DNA from: Mobula hypostoma
Lineage: Eukaryota
DNA: 64,000 nt
NCBI RefSeq assembly: GCF_963921235.1
Contig: NC_086097.1
Location: forward strand, 23,190,001-23,254,000
Direction: 5' to 3'
Positions 61,975 through 64,000 of this stretch are shown here, in pieces; position 1 is the stretch's first letter; each line of letters opens with the position of its first letter. Under the pieces are notes generated by a model. That model was given only the letters and a program-made list of their open reading frames with translations, ran no database searches and had not been told where the DNA came from. The position numbers and the translations under genes are program-made.

Positions 61975-62600
61975 TAAAGTTCAAAGTAAATTTGTTATCA
62001 ATGTATATATGCCAACATACACAACACTGAGATTAATGTTCTTGTTGGCATTCTCAGTAAATCCATAGTAGAATAATACCATTATAGAGTCATTGAAAGA
62101 CCGCACCAACATGGGTGATCAACCAGCGTGCAAAGGGCAACAAACATGCAAATACAAAAAGAAAGAAATAATAATAATAATAATAAATAAGTAAGCAATA
62201 AAAATGGAGATTATGAGATGAAGAGGCCTTGTAAGTGAACCCATAGGTTGTAGGAACATTTCAATAATGGGGCAAGTGAAGTTAAGTGGTCCCCTTTAGT
62301 TCAAGAACCTGATGGTTGAGGGGTAATAACTGTTCCTGAACATGGTGGTGTTAGTCCTGAGGCTCCTGTACCTTGTTCCTGATGGCAGCAGTGAGAAGAG
62401 AGCATGGCCTCGATGATTGAGGTCCTTGATGATAGATGCTGCTTTTCTGCGACAGTGCACCATGTAGAGGTGGGGAAGGCTTTACCCGTGATGGACTTGG
62501 CAGCATCCATTACTTTTTGTAGGATTTTCCATTCAAGGGCATTGGTGCTTCCATAGCAGGCTGTGATGTGGACAGTCAATATGCTCTCCACCTTGCATTT
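61975..62600 (-). mobile_element. Rex1 3' fragment
   Basis: ESILT..ITA.YG..NA.E.K.LQKV coding; tail aaagttcaaagtaaattt. Confidence 0.85.
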
Positions 62601-63319
62601 ATATCACCCTAGCCCAACATATGATAATTAACCCAAAATCTGCTGGCTCAGGAATGAGGATGCTACCAATCGAACCATAACACCAAGTTCTACCATGCAG
62701 AAAAGTAGGAATTACGTGAGATATTTTTCTGTATTTTCCAGCCTTTTTGATGCCTTAGCAGCACATTTTTTATAATGTCTGACCCCATTTGGACTCTGCA
62801 CAACAAGAAAAGATCTGCAGCTACATACAATCAGAATTTAGATTGGGAAGCAATTATGTATGTGCTGGTTTCAAGCTGAAACAGCTTCTCAGTATAAATT
62901 AGCAATTTGTTGATAATGTGCTCCCTCTAAAGTATCCTGCTGATGCATGAACTGGGAATATAATGTATTAGAGTCTATTTGCACTGCAGTATTCCTCATG
63001 TTGGAGGTTAATGCTACACCCACTATCATCTACCATGGTTTGAAGCCAATATTGCCTTGTCCTGGTCTCCATATTAAGTTCATATATAAGATATATAAAA
63101 GGTGAATCCATACCCAGAAAGGCATTAAAATTAAATGTGGTATTTTTTTCTTTAGAAAAGAGAACATTTTGAAGTGATCTGAAAGACGTCTATAAGATGA
63201 TATTGAGGTTTGACAAAACTAACATGGAGAATATAGTGTACATTCAGTTGCAGCAGCCAAGACTACATGTTAGTTAATATTACTCGGGGGGAAAAAATTC
63301 CAAAATGGAAAACTATGCT

Positions 63320-64000
63320 AATGAAGAACAGCAATAACTACCTCAGGCTGCTGTTTACTGATTACAGCTCAGCATTCAACATCTTCATGCTCTCAATACT
63401 AATGAACAAGTTCAAAAACTTAGGCCTGTGTACCTCCCTCTGTAATTGCATCTTTGACTTCTTCGCCAGAAGACAACGGTCTGTGCAGATCAGAATAACA
63501 TTTTTTCCTTGCTGATAATCAACACTGCTGTACCTCAAGGATGTGTGCTCAGCCCACTGCTCTACTCTCCCTAAACCCACGACTATGTAGCTAAGCACAG
63601 CTCAAAAGTCATCTATAAATTTGCTGATGACACACCATTGTTGGCAGAAGGTGTTGCTACCAACAATAGTTATGTCATCATCAAATTTATAAATGGTGAT
63701 GAGGGGGCGTACAGGGATGCAATAGATCAACTGGTTGAGTGGTCTCATGACAAAGACTCTGCACTCAATGTCATTAAGACCAAGGAATTCATTGTGTGGA
63801 CTTTAAGAAGGGGAACATGTAACAAGGAATCAGCGGTAGAACTTGTGAGCAGTTTCAAGTGAACATCTCTGAAGATCTATCCTGGGCCCAACATATTGAT
63901 GCAGTTATGAAGGGATGACAGCAGCTATATCAGGAGTTAGAGGAGTTTTGGTAGGACTCCAACAACTCTGGCAAATTTCTACTAAGGTAATGTGAGTATT
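63320..64000 (+). mobile_element. Rex1/Babar RT fragment running off the window
   Basis: YLRLLF.DYSSAFN, VPQGCVLSPLLYS, IYKFADDT, ALNV.KTKE. Confidence 0.9.

Noticed and set aside
1..64000. CRISPR arrays, operons or an intact autonomous transposon or endogenous virus
   Set aside because: Eukaryotic repeat landscape; no regularly spaced repeats and no uninterrupted RT, transposase or viral ORF

Overview
Repeat-saturated (well over half transposon-derived), AT-rich vertebrate DNA. The repeat repertoire points to a cartilaginous fish, probably a ray (inference from repeat content only). It includes shark/ray-type CR1 LINEs, Rex1/Babar LINE tails, V-domain tRNA SINEs, Penelope-like elements, Tc1 derivatives, L2, RTE and solo LTRs. 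No intact host gene or autonomous transposon is visible. The window looks intronic or intergenic, with a few weak candidate exons and several repeat-free, CpG-retaining islands. Nearly all listed ORFs are transposon remnants or chance frames. The most notable signal is about 18 copies of a minimal type-I hammerhead ribozyme (agtc-CTGAnGA-a-GGGT ctcg GCCC-GAAA-cGTC-gact) in Penelope-like 3' ends. One copy (12150-12187, minus) keeps an intact core, and a recurrent ~125-bp unit starts at the ribozyme (one copy has a perfect 12-bp TSD). Other highlights: a young CpG-rich RTE insertion (horizontal-transfer candidate), solo LTRs with TSDs, bipartite non-autonomous Rex1-tailed elements, a composite Tc1-MITE and many nested insertions. 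All family assignments were made by eye; no database search was run.
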